This document shows positions 1 to 16,324 of a stretch of 64,000 nt of DNA, piece after piece. The stretch comes from Chrysomallon squamiferum (lineage: Eukaryota > Animalia > Mollusca). How positions within the stretch are numbered: the stretch's first letter is position 1; the number at the start of each line of letters is the position of its first letter. Position numbers and translations under genes: made by a program. The notes under the pieces were generated by a model. That model was not told the DNA's origin, ran no database searches, and saw only the letters and a list, made by a program, of their open reading frames with translations. The stretch lies in NCBI GenBank assembly GCA_012295275.1, contig CM022668.1:9920001-9984000 (forward strand), read 5' to 3'.

Positions 1-1225
1 AATATAGCTCAGTGTTAGAGCAATATAGAGCTCTGTGTTAGACCACAACATAGCAGAGTATTAGAGCAAATTATAGTTCATTATTAGAACAGAATATAGT
101 TCAGTGTTAGTGTAGAATATAGTTCAGTGTTAGTGTAGAATATAGTTCTGTGTTAGAGCAGAGTATAGTTAAATGAAAGAACTAATTATAGTTCAGTGTT
201 TAGAGTAGAATAAAGCTCTGTTGGTGCAGAATATAGTTCAGCATAAGGGCAGACTACAGCTCAGTGTTAGTGTAGAATATAGTGTAAAAGCAGACTGCAG
301 CTCAGTGTTAGTGTAGAATGCAGTTCAGTGTAAGAGCAGACTGCAGCTCAGTGTTAGTGTAGAATGTAGATCAGTGTAAGAGCAGTCTGCAGCTCAGTGT
401 TAGTGTAGAATGCAGTTCAGTGTAAGAGCAGACTACAGCTCAGTGTTAGTGTAGAATGTAGTTCAGTGTAAGAGCAGACTGCAGCTCAGTGTTAGTGTAG
501 AATGCAGTTCAGTGTAACAGCAGACTGCAGCTCAGTGTTAGTGTAGAATGCAGTTCAGTGTAAGAGCAGACTACACTAAGTAGAACGCAGTTCAGTGTAA
601 GAGCAGACTGCAGCTCTGTGTTAGTGTAGAATGCAGTTCAGTGTAAGAGCAGACTGCAGCTCAGTGTTAGTGTAGAATGCAGTTCAGTGTAAGAGCAGAC
701 TGCAGCTCAGTGTTAGTGTAGAATGCAGTTCAGTGTAAGAGCAGACTGCAGCTCAGTGTTAGTGTAGAATGCAGTTCAGTGTAAGAGCAGACTGCAGCTC
801 AGTGTTAGTGTAGAATGTAGTTCAGTGTAAAAGCAGACTCAGCTCAGTGTTAACAGTTCAGTGTAAAAGCAGACTACAGCTCAGTGTTAGTGTAGAATGC
901 AGTTCAGTGTAACAGTCTGCAGACTGCAGACTGCAGCTCAGTGTTAGTGTAGAACGCAGTTCAGTGTAAGAGCAGACTGCAGCTCAGTGTTAGTGTAGAA
1001 CGCAGTTCAGTGTAAGAGCAGACTGCAGCTCAGTGTTAGTGTAGAATGCAGTTCAGTGTAAGAGCAGACTGCAGCTCAGTGTTAGTGTAGAATGCAGTTC
1101 AGTGTAAGAGCAGACTGCAGCTCAGTGTTAGTGTAGAATGCAGTTCAGTGTAAGAGCAGACTGCAGCTCAGTGTTAGTGTAGAATTTAGTTCAGTGTAAG
1201 AGCAGACTACAGCTCAGTGTTGGAG
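1..1225. repeat. Minisatellite: 46-bp unit made of two 23-bp subunits, runs off the window start
   Basis: gctcagtgttagtgtagaatgca+gttcagtgtaagagcagactgca repeated about 20 times, with degenerate 23-mers in 1-240. Confidence 0.95.
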
Positions 1226-2295
1226 CACTAGCTTCAGGAGCTATATTTAATGATATCCACTTCCTTATACAATTCTGCATTTCTGTCTATGTATGCATTT
1301 ATTTATTATTTTATTATTTTATTATCACATACACACCCAGACTTTATCATTTTTTTGTAATAAAGAAAACTGAATTATATGTGAGTCTTCTTGCTGATTA
1401 GAAGAAAGGAATGTTTTATGTAAGTTTTTTAAAAGTCAGGTTAGGATATACCATAATATTTGATATCTGGAGGAATGGATATTTATGTGATATGAAATTT
1501 TTGGAAAAAATTAAAATAAAGACAAGCACTTTATTTCAGTGATTCACAACACATTTGATACTTTCTGTGTGTACATTTAAAACCTTTTTTTATTAAATAT
1601 TTCTCTCAGTTTCAAGCGACTTTTTCCTTTAAACTAAATCCATTTTTTTTTTTTTCAGTTTTATTTATTTATTTTGCACATGTTGAGAAGTTTTTGTTAA
1701 TAATATCCTAGCTGGGGATAAACATAGATAAGATCTGAGAGAGAGAGAGAGAAAAAAGAAAATGTAGACATTTTTATTTTCATAAATAATGAGTCATCTG
1801 ATAATAGCAGTGTAAAAAAGAAATTTAATAACTCATTTCTGAGAAAGGTGAAATCAAGGTAATTTCCTTTCCTGGCTAAACAGAAATCATTAAGTTTTCA
1901 CTTTGCTAAGAGACGCTTGAATATAAAATTATAAATGTTGCTGTGACATTTTTGTTATGAAAATTTCTTTATTTTGTTACTGTTTTGATATCAAATCACT
2001 TTACTCATACAGGGGAAAAAAAAAAATAAAAAAGATATATATATAAATAAGAAAAAAAAAAACCAAAACAATAGCAACAAAGCAATTACATTAATTTAAA
2101 AAACAACAACATTTTTTTATGTTTGTTTGGATAATCATAATAAACAAAAAAAGAAGAAAAACTCAACAGAATAGCTTCCTCCTCCTCCATCCAGGAATAA
2201 ATGCCAGACGATAATGGTAATATAAAAGTTTTAAATCAGAAGAGTTGTTCAATTTTACATTTCTTGCTGTGATTATTTTTCCTTATGTAGTCATT

Positions 2296-2340
<45 letters not shown>

Positions 2341-5300
2341 AGACTGCAGTTTTACGAGGTGTAAAATTAAATGTAAATGAGAGGAATACTAAACAACTAC
2401 AGAGGTGTCTCTCAGAGTCATAAACAAAGAGAAAATCTGTATGATTTATGAGAAAAACATTTCTGTAATGTCATCATATAATTAGAGACAAGAGACCTGT
2501 TTATAAATTGAAAGCTGAAATAAAAAGAAAGGAAGAAGAAAAAAGAGAAATGACCAATAAGAGACAAAAACCTGTAGAAAGATAAAAAGAAGATGAAAGT
2601 AAATTAAAAAAGAAGAAAAAAAAATTAAATTAAAAATATAAATGAAATAAAAAGAAAACAAAAAATGTTAAAGAAAAACAAAGGAGAAAAGAATTAAATG
2701 TGAGAAAAAAAACTGAAAGAAAAAAGAAAGGAAAAATTGAAAGGACTACTAAGAAAAGGAAAGAGTAGAAGAAATAAATAAAGAAAGAATTTATGAATTT
2801 GGGCACAAAAGAAGTAGATAATTAAAGAAATGTATCAGAGTATGTGAAAAAAGATAGAAAAAAATGGAATACATTTTTACACAGAAAAGTGGTTTTAAAA
2901 AACATCATAAACAACAGACGAAAGAAAAGAAAACATTAAACTAAAAATAAATAAATAATGAACAAATAAATAAAAATATAAATTAGTAAGTAAATGAATA
3001 ATTAAACAATCACTTTAAAATTGTGAAAAACCTAAGTTTTTAAATCTTCACTATAATAAAATAATAATGCAGTCTTTGTAAATAAGTGAAACATCTGATT
3101 CAGAGATTACACTTTTAGTCATAATTATCACAGCACTATATAATTTTAACACAGGTTTGTCTAATGCTTCCACCCAAAGCATCTACAGTAAAAGAATATT
3201 TTTGTCCAGTCATCACACATATCTCTCTTTTCTTATTTTTTATTCTGAACCTTTGAAAACATGATTCTATAGAAGCTGAGATGATGTTATATAATTCAGT
3301 GTAATAATGGGTAAAACAGAACCATTTGAGTGGAAAACAGAACCATGACACTGAAAGATATTCAAGCTGTTATGTATACAGTTTTACTAACAGTAAAAAT
3401 TTTATAAAATAGAATCATCTGATGATAATTCTTTCTTTCATATTGTAGATTATTTTAATTAGTGTTTCTTTTCTGCTTCTTCTTTTTTTGGTATGAATAA
3501 AATAAAAACTTAGCTTTGAGGACGAAAGTGCTGTCTATAATGGGAACTGTCATAAAGATTTCCCAAATTAGCTGTTCATTTTTTTGTATTCCATGTTCCA
3601 GATGAGTGGTAAAACTGTTTGTAAGTTGTCTGGTCCAATTTAGCAAATCTTCATGTCACTCCCACCTCAACAATTACTTCTACAGACCATCTTTTTTTTC
3701 TTTCTTTTTTTTCTTTATGCCCCAACTTCTTCATTTTCTTCTTCTACAGAAATGAGTAGAATACAAGTATTTCACAGATAAAATCAGACAGGTTATTCAG
3801 CTCAACACAGTGATCTTGTGATGTTGTTCTTTTTATCTTTCAAAGCACATCTCTCTCAAACATTATTAACATCAAAGTGTTAGAGTTGTACAAATTAATG
3901 TAACTGTGTTTGTCTGGGATGTATAGATAAAAACTTAAATATCAACTTAGTGTGTGTACCAATCTCATTCTTATCTGAAACAACTACTTCAGTTTAACAT
4001 TTAACTTGGGCATGATGACTCTAGGCTGTTCTCTTAACTCCAAAATGCCTTTAATTTTATTGCCAGGGTATAAAAAATTGTATGTGTCTCTCTGTCTTTC
4101 TCTTTCTCTCTATCTCTGTCCCTCTATCTCTCAATTCTTTTGTTTGTATATTCATATTATTTTGTGTATCTAGGCATGCCTGTTAAAATGAGTAAATAAA
4201 ATAGTGGAGTATCTTCAATCTAAATCTGATGCTAATATAATTTTAGACTGACTATTAGTAGAGTATTTATCACAGTCAATAAACATATCTGAAATATGAT
4301 AAGACAGATTTATCAAATTTTTTATCTGTAGAAATGGATTCATTTCTATCAGTTGAGGTTTAGTATTATATCTCCACATGTTTCTGAGTTTTATAGATAC
4401 ATTAAATTTTATCAAATTACAAGAGAATACAGTTTTAGTGAAAAATGGTTTAAGAATAAAAGATTATGTCTGTGTATGTTTATAGGTGTGGCAGGTAAAT
4501 TTTATCACAACACAGTTACAATGGGCAATGAAATCTAAACATGAATTTTCAACTGTTAAGAATGACAGCTGTTTGTTATACACGTATCTTATTTATTAGT
4601 TTTACCATTATAAAACACACCTTACAAAAATATATATCTGGTATGTGGTGGAGCCATGATTTAAAGATTTTCCATATTTAACCATACATGTGTTGTTCAG
4701 CAATTACTAAAATAACTTACTTCCCATCAACAACAACACTAAACATTTATCTGTATTTGATTATTAATCTTACATTCTAGAACATTCGTCTTATAAATAT
4801 ATCTCTGGTATGCAGAGTCATGACTTCAGAATTCGTTTCCATGTTTAAGAGATGACTACATGGCTCCAGCAATAGCTACAGTAACCTGCATCCAATAACC
4901 AGTAACACAACCTTGTTGTCAGGTGAAACAAAGATTTCATATTTTTATCACAGAAATACAGTGCAAAGTTTTTAAACACAGTTGTGCGAGACCTGAATAT
5001 TTAGTTGTTTGACATTCCTATTAAGATGTTCAGTTTTATTTTAACACAGCAAGAAAGTGTGAGCCTTAGCTTTAGAGAATACACAATAATTGTGTTATGT
5101 TTGGCTGCATGTGTGTATATGTGAAAGTACTAAACATCAGATTGTACATAGCAGTTCTCCGATGTATTAAACATGAGACTAAACAAAGAAAATCTTCTGC
5201 ATACCAAACATTTCACTTTACAAAGCCATTTCTAAAATACAACAATGTTTAAACACAATGTAGATTCAGTAAAAAAAAAAATCAAAAGGTTTGGTAGTGG

Positions 5301-5709
5301 TCACTTGTTGATTTTTAAGAGTTATAACAAAATCAAATCTTACTGCTACCCACTACATTCCCATTATCTGAATCTTTAATCCAATAATCCTAATTGTGAC
5401 TTAGCAGGAAGCTGTTAACCTGGATTTCCACTTGGTGCTGCGACAGAACAAGCTCTTTTACCAGTGTTTATGCAGAAACCTGATTTCTGCTGATCATCAT
5501 CGTATGTCTTCACTCCACCAGTGGTCTGGCAGATATCTACTACTCCGTGTTTGTTCTGCACACAAACACCAACAACAAATTGGTCTGTGGAATTTTTATG
5601 AGAAACCAGGCAGCTGTAGAATCCACTGTATAGAGGTGTTGGGACAAGAAAATGGGGAAGAAAAAGTTTGTTTGTGTTTCTCCTAGAAGTGAAGAATGGA
5701 ATGTTAATT

Positions 5710-6050
5710 TTAATGAGTCGTTTTGTTATTTTTATTCGGTTGTTATTTTAATAAAAAATGTTTTATCAGTAGTTATTTTAATGAAGTGTTTTGTTTTATC
5801 AGTAAATTGCTTTTATGAAGCATTGAATATTGTTTTATCAGTAGTTTTGATGAAACTCATTGTTTTATCTGTTTATATTTTAATGAAGCACGCAGTGCAT
5901 CATTTTATCAGAAATGATTTCAGTAAAATACTTTTTTGTCAATAGTTAATTTAATGAAACATTGTTTTATCAGTAAATTGTTTTGATGAAACACTATTTT
6001 ATTGGTAAGTTATTTTGATGAAACATTCTTCTATCATTAAGTTATTTTAA
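5710..6050. repeat. Degenerate ~32-bp minisatellite
   Basis: Recurring ttttatcagta...ttttaatgaa. Confidence 0.7.
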
Positions 6051-7687
6051 TAATAACATGCAGGCTAAAAAAATAATCTTTATTTTATATGTAGTAATTA
6101 GTAATTATGTGTTGTAATTAATAATTGTTTGGTAATGAGTAATTATGTGTTGTAATTAGTAGTTTAATTGCCAGTATTCTGTTATTTATAAATGTCTGTT
6201 AACCAGATAATAGCAGTCATTCTCTTTGATAAGAAATATCTTTCAACAATAGATACAAATAATGTTTGGCTTGCTTCCACATGGAAACTATTCAAGTATT
6301 TCTATCATAGTACACTTTCAGCACTTTGAAAGCTCATATAAACTGAACAGCTGACTTAACTATTAGTTAATTATAGAAGTGCAGTGATCTGCACTTTTCG
6401 TAAGACCTATTGGTTATCCCATTCCAACCATTTGTTTCAATATGCACTTAATTTACAAAAAAATTCCATGAGAAAGGCAATAATGTCCTACATATGCCAA
6501 AGAACAGGTTGGATAATCAAGAGAACTAGTTGGAATGGTATAATCAGGGAAATTGATAGGAGTGATACAATCAAATATCAAAGGAAATGATTTGGTGGAA
6601 TACTTAAAAATGGAATATTAAGATAATCAAAGGAATTAGTTGCAATTGGCCAATCAAGAGAATTTATTTAAGAGAGTTGTTTGTGAAGGTGTCATATGGG
6701 GAATTAGTTTGAAGTCTGACTGAAAATTCATGTTCCATCTATTTCACTCTCTTTATTATTTGCTTTATTTTCTTCTTTTTTCATTATTATTTTTTTTATT
6801 ATCTTGCCTTATTTATAGTTGTTACAATAAGGTTTAATTCTCTTTAGAGCAATTTCTGATCAACTAGAAATCATGAACTCTACACATATAATATCAGTGA
6901 TTATCTCACAACATAATTATGATGTATTATAAGAGTGACATTTCATGCTTGACTATACATGGACATACATTTTTCAGAACACGTAGCTGATGTCATGTGG
7001 ACATTTTTCAAGTGTCTCACACACCCAGTTCTTGAATGAGCTTTTAAATGTTAATCTGAGATCCAGTGAGCTGTGAAATAATTCTAAATACATCACACAT
7101 GTAGACATTTCCATAATCTCTGTTTTTATGTAAAGAGTGTAATCAACTGTGTAATATTTTTTAATATCCAACCCTCGTACTGCACAGCCCTTTCAGCTGA
7201 GATATTACACTGAAATCTATAGATCTTTATAAGATGTGCACTAATTTAAGATATTTCATGTGTATAATTAAAAAAAAAATCAGATTTTTTTTCAGGATTT
7301 AGTCAGTATTTTAATATTTTTATTATATATATAAAAAAAAAATCCTTTAAAAGTACATATTTAAGGTGTGGATCTTTTTAATCTTTTATAATAATTTTAA
7401 GTACTTCATAAATATATAAACTTTAATTTTACTAATAGAATGTAGTCAACTATATCATATTTTTTATCATTTAAATTCAGACAATATATGTTGATATTTT
7501 AAAGAAATTTAGTAATCTCTCTCTCTCTCTCTGTGCATCACTTTCTTGAATCTTCTTTATTTCTAGGTATGTAATATTTAACACAGAAATGTAGAAACTA
7601 TTGACATGTGTAATATTTTCAAACATGACAGATACTTGTTATGACAGTTTGTGATTGCAGTACTTTGAAGACTGCAGATGAACGTTA

Positions 7688-7700
7688 TGAACTTTGACCT
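7688..7700 (-). promoter_or_regulatory. Nuclear-receptor DR1-type motif AGGTCAAAGTTCA
   Basis: Matches the HNF4/COUP-TF/RXR DR1 consensus; motif match only. Confidence 0.3.
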
Positions 7701-9385
7701 GTGTTTAGTGAGACGTAGCACAAATGGGAGACTGGTATTCACACACAGACAGTGCAGCTCTGATCACAAACAGATGCGAGCTGGAGCAAGATTGTAAAGT
7801 CTGTAAGTGGTGTGAAAGATGTTTAAATAAGTGTGCAGACACGGCCCATGCAAACAAATACTGAAGAATTAGGACCACCTTTATTTTATTTTACTGGCTG
7901 CTTTTTCAATAACAGCTTTTCAAATTGAGTAACACTTGCAATTGGAGAAAGTAAATGTCTTTTCACTCTGGTCTTTGTGACACAAGGAGTGATGGAATTT
8001 ATTAAATCTCTTCATGTGGTTGTGACTGTCTGTTGGTCTCTTCTGACAGTTTTGCATTTTCTGCTTCTCATTCTGTCTCTTTGTCATCATTATGAATATC
8101 CATTTACCTGCTTGTCTGTTTTCTATTTTATTGTCATGTATTTTTTTTTAGATTTTTTCATCTGCAGTTCTTTATGTTCATACACCAGCTGATTATAATT
8201 ATGAGCACTTTTTAAGAATGGCTCAATCACATAAATCATGGACATACTGAGGCAGCAAATTCAGCCACTGACAGACTGCAGTATGATGGGAATGTTTCTA
8301 GTTACAGAACTGATTAACAATACTGCCACATGTTAGACAAATTACATGCTTTGCTGCAGTGATTTATTAACTTTTATACAAGACAATCATGTAGACTAAT
8401 TAAACAATTTAACATTAATTAACAATTGTACGACACACTGGCATGTATTACATACCTTGGGGAGCTGATTAATTAACATGCAGACATAATGCATACCTAT
8501 TTAGTGTGGGTAATTAATCTAATATGTCATCTGATTGTGGTGATTAATTACAGTAGATAATGTTACAAATGTAGTGTATAATATACTCTCCAACATTGGA
8601 TATGGGAATTACCAGATGGGACAAAGTCTGCCCCATGTTAAATTACTGGGATAGTAAGTTATGTCATAATACATTATATCATGTTAGGGTATAACAGTCA
8701 ACACAATATTAATCTACTATGGCTATTATTATCTCACACATATATGGTTAATCTTGATGTGAAGGGTCCACTCTTTTTTCATTTAGCAGCATTTAAATAT
8801 ACCCAATCATATGCTGAAAAGCATACACAATGATTTTTGATACTAATATTAAAAAATAAAAATAAAAATCACCACTGAATGAAACTGACAAAAGCTGAGA
8901 AAAAAAAGAGAAGAAAACTGAGTTAAATTAAAACTGTGATATGTTCTGCTCTGTCTATGGAAAGGTACATATAAAATAACAGTTACTGCTTAACACGATA
9001 CTGCAAACTATTGTAGTAGGTCAGAAGAGTTTTATTGTTGTGGAGATCACTTTAACACTTCATTTATCAGATGTCACAATCTGCTTGTCTCATTTGATTG
9101 ATGGTTGCCATTAACAACAGCAGCTTGAAAAATGTCCGGTACATGTTACAAGCAGTAATTTAACATTTTCTCCTTTAATTAATTACATGGTTCGCTATTT
9201 TACTGGTTTGACATGACACTTACTGAAGACATTCAACATGTGTGCAAGAATTACATACAGTGGTGCATGTTATCTGTGTGTTTAATGCCAGCATTTGCAG
9301 ATAATGAGTTTGTCTCTGGTTGGAGACACATTTCATACACATGAATACATACATCACATCAGAAGTTCTTTAAGAATGACCTGTG

Positions 9386-9489
<104 letters not shown>

Positions 9490-10148
9490 ATTAGCAAATA
9501 GGTAACTTTTTTTTCAGTCTGAAGCACAAAACGACATTCACACAAGATGTTTGGTATCAGTAAATATGTCACAGGCTGCTGTAACACACAATATCATTGG
9601 TCTGTGTCTTACGGGCTATACGTGATGTAGACATGTACTGGTATGTCTGGCAAAGACGGTTTACTGCGGAGCATGTAATAATGACATGATTATTTTCATA
9701 TATATACGTGCCATATGGAATGGGTTGTGTACTCTTGTGTTTTCACATAATTAACTTAATAGCAGAGAGTGAGTGGGGGAAGAAATGGTGACGGGGAGGA
9801 AGGAAGGATGGAAAGAAAGAAATGTGAGAAGAAATACTTGACATCTGTTAATGAAATGTGGTTATTTTACTTCACATTAAACATCAAAGCATTCCTTTTC
9901 TTTGCTAATATGTCCTCCTGCAAACAGAATATCATGAAGTCACTGAGTGGAATGGGAGATAATGTTGAAAGTATGTGGAGACGTCTTTCACTTAACCTAT
10001 ATTACAACATCTGTGTTGTTACAGGCTATCACATTTACACTGTGTTACATCTGTCTCCTGAACTAAAACCGAGCAGCTCATACAACATTTTCTCCAACTC
10101 AGTTCATATTAATAACTATCTCACACCACCTCTGTACATCTACATGTC

Positions 10149-10550
10149 TATCTCACATTATACACCATATCAATCTGTACATCTCTATCTCACATTATAC
10201 ACCATATCAATCTGTACATCTCTGTCTCACATTATACACCATCTCAGTCTGTACATCTCTTATCTCACATTATACACCATCACAGTTTGTACAACACTAT
10301 CTCACATTATACACCATCTCAGTCTCTACAACACTATCTCAAATTATACACCATCTCAGTCTGTACATATCTGTCTCACATTATACACCATCTCAGTCTG
10401 TACAACACTATCTCACATTATACACCATCTCAGTCTGTACAACACTATCTCACATTATACACCATCTCAGTCTGTACAACACTATCTCACATTATACACC
10501 ATCTCAGTCTGTACAACACTATCTCACATTATACACCATTTCACACACCA
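10149..10550. repeat. 37-bp minisatellite, about 11 copies
   Basis: tatctcacattatacaccatctcagtctgtacaacac; explains ORFs 9769-10563 and 10287-10664. Confidence 0.92.
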
Positions 10551-11319
10551 TATACTAGTATAGATACCAGTATAGTAAATATTTTATGCAACACGTCTCT
10601 ATTTTGTACAGTATACAATACTATCTTACATTACAGAAAAACGTTACAAACTATTGAACAGTGAACAATCACCTCAGCCCCTTTCATAGCATTAGCACAT
10701 CGTGTACTGTGTTTTATTATTAAACAGGTTTGTTGAAAAATGGTTGGCATGTGCCACTTTGAAAAAATAAACATATCAGAAAATACTGTTATTCCGTTAA
10801 ATACTGACAGATAGACAGATGTACTGACAGATGAATAATCTGTAGATTGTAACCAAAACTGGAATAGAGATAAAATGAAAATAATTTTTATCTTAGTTCT
10901 ATTCTTAGATAATTTGAAGACATTTCTGTTTTCATTCCAATTTCACTAATTAATATTGCCAATTTTATTTTTATATTTTACTGAAAAAAAAAAAAAAATT
11001 AAAGAAAAAGAAAGTAGAAAAGATGAATAATGAAAAATAAATAAAGAAAATAAGATAACCCTGACAAAACCCATAAAAAAAATGGAAAAAAAAAACAGAA
11101 GAGAAAAACAAAACAACAAAACCCACCCCATTAAATCCTCCAAAACCAACCAAAACAAAAAAAAAAAAAAAAAAAACAAACAAAAAACAAGCAAAAAACA
11201 AACTGAAAAGGATTTAAGAAAAAGAAACAAAGTCTACTTTGACAAAATAAAAGATTCATAAACTCTCCAAGTTCACAAAACAAAACTAAAACAATGTATC
11301 CTTATTCAAATTAAAGACC

Positions 11320-11992
<673 letters not shown>

Positions 11993-12839
11993 CTTGACAG
12001 TTAGCATGAAGGTATTTTTGCTTGTGTGTAGTTATGGAATGTGTCAGGTTCAGTGACACACTCACATTAATTACCAGTCAGTAATCCAGCCTTGTGTTTA
12101 TTTACACATGATGACATACTTATCTAGGTGTAGCTTTGTGACTGTAACAACCACCACTTTATAGGCTTGTTTATCAGCTAGCTTGTTAAATACACTGGCA
12201 TTGTAGATAGTATAGACAGCTGGTAATAATAATAATAATAATAATAACAACAACAGCAGTATCAACAACAACAACAACAAAAAAAAAAACTAAAAAATTT
12301 AAGAAAAAGAGAAGAAGAAAAATAATAATAATAGCTGCAAATAAAATGATTAATAATATGATAACTGCAAGAACAATAATCTTAATAGATAAAAGAATAA
12401 ATTAACAATACATGACACAAGTTTGTTTAGTTTTAATTTGATTAGAAAAAATACATACTAATGAGGTAATGGAGAATTTAATAAACAAATAAATAGTTTA
12501 ATAACCAGATGCTCAGAATTAATTAATTTGTCCATCATTTTTCATTCTTATCTTCTGTGTACATGTAATACATGTTTTTATAAATGTCTGACTCTGCTTA
12601 TCGCACTGGAATTAAACCAAACTTATTTCACAATAATTTCTTTCTGTCTTGAAGGAGAAAATAAATCCCCCCCCCCCCCCAAAAAAAGAGTAAAAAAGAA
12701 AGGTGTTTCTTTGTCTAATGTAATCCATAAACAGATTTGATAAAATGATATTTGTTTATCTTTGTGTTTGGTTTACTGAGAAATACTCATCTTAGCCTAG
12801 CAGCCCTTCTGTTATCAACTGTACACAGAATATAACACA

Positions 12840-13440
12840 AGATAAAACATTTTACATTTATTTAGATAAACTTTCACAAGCATTTTAACACATTTCAGAT
12901 ACGTTTAGATAAACTTCCACATTCATTTAACACATTTTAGATACATTTAGATAAACTTCCACATTCATTTAACACATTTTAAATATATTTAGATACACAT
13001 TTGCAGTCATTTTAACACATTTTAAATACATTTAGCTAACAGTTTTTAATTCCATTTACATAATATATATTTTATGCCTACATTTTGATAGTCTATCTTT
13101 TGCATTCATTTAAATATATTTCAGATAAACCTTTTACATTTATTTTGAATAAATTATTTTTGTTGTTCATATGAATTCATTTTGATCAGCTTTTTATATT
13201 AATTTAGAAAACACATTTTAAATATATTTAGTTGACACATTTTAAACATATTTAGTTGACACTCTTTAAATACATTAAGATAATCAGTATTTTACATTCA
13301 TTGAAATTCATTTAGATAAACCTTATAATAGATATAAATGTAAAGTCTTATAATACATACAAATGTAAAGTCTTATAATACATACAAATGAAATAATTTT
13401 GTCATTCATATAAATCCATTTAGATAAACTATTTTACATC
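12840..13440. repeat. Degenerate ~42-bp minisatellite
   Basis: tttagataaacttccacattcatttaacacatttt recurs at 12861, 12904 and 12946, then decays. Confidence 0.75.
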
Positions 13441-13899
13441 TGTATCATGTTGTCAATACCTTTAAAATAATAATTTAAGTAACACTAGATCTGAATATTT
13501 ATCAACTTAACTTCAAATACTTTTATTTTATTCTTTAAATTTTTTGTATTACTAGTTCATTTTTTTTATATATGTATCTACTTGACTTCAAATACTTTTA
13601 TTTTATTGTTTACATTTTTTGTATTACTAGTTCATTTTTTTCATTTTATATATATGTATGTATAACTTTTTTTTGTAATGTATGTTTCACTAACACTATT
13701 AGATTACTGGTCACTGCTAGAAGTAGTCTGACATTTTTGCCTCTGCTGTTTATAATGTCAGAAGTCTACAGCAGTAAACAGTTATCTGCAGCACTGTAAA
13801 CAATTGAAAAAACTTGATATGTTGGTCAGTCACTTTGATTTCCGTTGACCAAGATTTCCACAAAACAAGGTGAAGGTATCTCTAGCATTTGTTTCACTT

Positions 13900-14290
13900 C
13901 TCTGCCCTTCTTACAGAGAATTTAAACATTCTGTTGTTCCCTTGAAAAAAGAGAATTGAAACATTTGTTTTATCCATTGTAATAGAGTTTTGAAGTATTT
14001 CTTATACCTTGTAACAGAGATTGAAACATGTTTTTTATCCACTGTAATAGAGAATTGAAATGTTTCTTATCTGTTGTAATACAGATTGATATTTCTTATC
14101 TGTTGTAATAGAGATTGATACATTTCTTATCTGTTGTAATAGAGAACTGAAACATTTCTTATCTGTTGTAATAGAGAACTGAAACATTTCTTATCCCTTC
14201 TTGGTCCCTTGTAATAGAGATTGAAACATTTTTTTAGGTGTCGTAATTGAAAACTTAAACATTTCTTTTCCCTTGTTATACAGAATTTAT
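13900..14290. repeat. ~32-bp minisatellite
   Basis: ttcttatctgttgtaatagagaa(t/c)tgaaacat recurs. Confidence 0.85.
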
Positions 14291-15351
14291 AGCTTTCTTC
14301 ATTGTTATAAAATATTACTATGAATAATATTTTTTTTATTCATTGTATTGAATTAAGTGCATATGAATGAGAGAAACCCCCCAAAAAACCCATCCAGGAG
14401 TATATAAATAATTATTAATTGTTTTGAAACTATTTCAGTAATTATTTCAGTTCCATTTTGAAAGTTATTAATTTATTTTGATGCAGATAAGTTAAAATGC
14501 ACATAGTTGTGTTTGAGAATGTGTGTGCATTTTTACATTAACATTAAATCCACAAAATATAAAAATTCCAAAAATCTTTTCTTCTTCTTCTTCTTAATTT
14601 TTTTTAAACTACTTACCTACAGATATATCTGTTTCTTGATAGCAAGACTGCTATAATTTTCCATGTGTGTTTTGTTTTGTTACTAAAACACATTAAACAA
14701 GGCAACACAGAAAGAAAAGTGCAGCTCACAGCTTAAGGTGCACTCTGCATTCAAGGTTATTTTTATTTATTTATTTACTTACTTACTGATATATTTTCTA
14801 AGATGTTTTCTCAGGGTACTCATATAAAATATATCACCTATCTTGCTGTGAGGATTTCACCATTATCTCATGTGTGTGTTATTTCATCTCACCTAAAGCA
14901 AATACAGGAGTTATTATTTGGGGCTGAAGTATCTTGAAGCTGTTTTGTTTTTATAGAATTTTCTCTGCTATCTGTGGAGACTGGAATAATCTATTTTCTT
15001 CATCTGTTTGGAACATCAGTGTCTGGGAACATTACTAGGAATAGAACCATCTTTAAAAGTGTATTACAAATGTGAACATGCCAGTTTGTGGGCTAACTTT
15101 AAGAAACAAGATACAGATTTAACAGTTTTAACAGAGAAAAAAGAAAAAGAAAAAAAAAAAAAAGAAGAAAAAAAAAAAGACTCAATGTAAATTTAATTTG
15201 TTGATGTTTTTATGGTATATTGTTTTGTTGTAACATCTTCTTGTGTATAATAACAAAAAAAAAAAAAAAAAAAAAAAAGAAAGAGAAAAGACAACAACTG
15301 AGTTCTGTATTAAATATATATATATATAAATTATAACTAATAAATAATAAA

Positions 15352-15383
<32 letters not shown>

Positions 15384-16279
15384 TAATCTGTACAAAAAGG
15401 TTTCAAAAATATGCCCAGATTTTTATAATAATCCAAAAATAAAAAGTAATATTAAATTAATTGTGTTAAGTAAATTCCATGTCATAAATTTCATGACATT
15501 ATGTTAAGTATGATAACTTTATATTTATTTATTTATTTATTTATTTTTAAAAAAACAAAAGTAATGAAAAAAAAAAAAAAAAGACCAAAAACAAAACAAA
15601 AATAGCAAAACAAATGACTTCCACCAATAATGAAACAAGCAATATTATTTTGCTGAATGCTGCAATTTTTTTTTCTTCTCCTTTCTTGGCTTGAACATTT
15701 CTTCATAAATCAGTCTGCACATGAGGTGCAGTTGGAATGTGCAATAAAAATGAAAATTTGCATGAAGAGGTCACAGTACAGAGGTTGTTATGTAGTTGAA
15801 TAACCTGGCTATCTGTTACTAACTTCTAATAGTTTGCAAAGTGGTGTGTTCAGACAAGGTGTACTTGATAATGTTTTATGTTTTTATTACACACTTCCAA
15901 TGCATGGTTGAATTTTATATTGTTTTTGATTGATGTTTGTATATTAGAGTTTTCAGACTAGGAATAAAAAAAAAACAATAAAAAAAAAAAAAAAAAAAAA
16001 ATCAAACATAAATTAAAAGTAAAATAAATATTTTTTTTTTTCAGTGTTCAAAATTTTTGTTCCTTTATTTTATCAAAATTTATAACTTCTCACGTAATAA
16101 TCTTTGTGTTCCTCTAGGGTAACACACACCACAGCCTTTGCTTAAACCACTAAGGAGCACTTGTTAGAACTGAAAATGGTGTTTACCACTGAAAGTTGAT
16201 CATGTGACTCATTTTGCTTTAGGCCAACATTGTACTTTTGCAGCTTACTTCTGTAATGAATATAATACTTCTGTAATGA

Positions 16280-16324
<45 letters not shown>

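Noticed and set aside
1-1225. CRISPR-like regular repeats
   Set aside because: No unique spacers, no cas genes, eukaryotic context; this is a tandem minisatellite.
5400-5700. Moderately GC-rich stretch with short open frames on both strands
   Set aside because: No recognisable protein similarity and no consistent splice pattern; not a frizzled cysteine-rich domain.
9769-10664. 264-aa and 125-aa ORFs
   Set aside because: They are read-through of a 37-bp minisatellite whose peptide cycles through frames; no recognisable domain.
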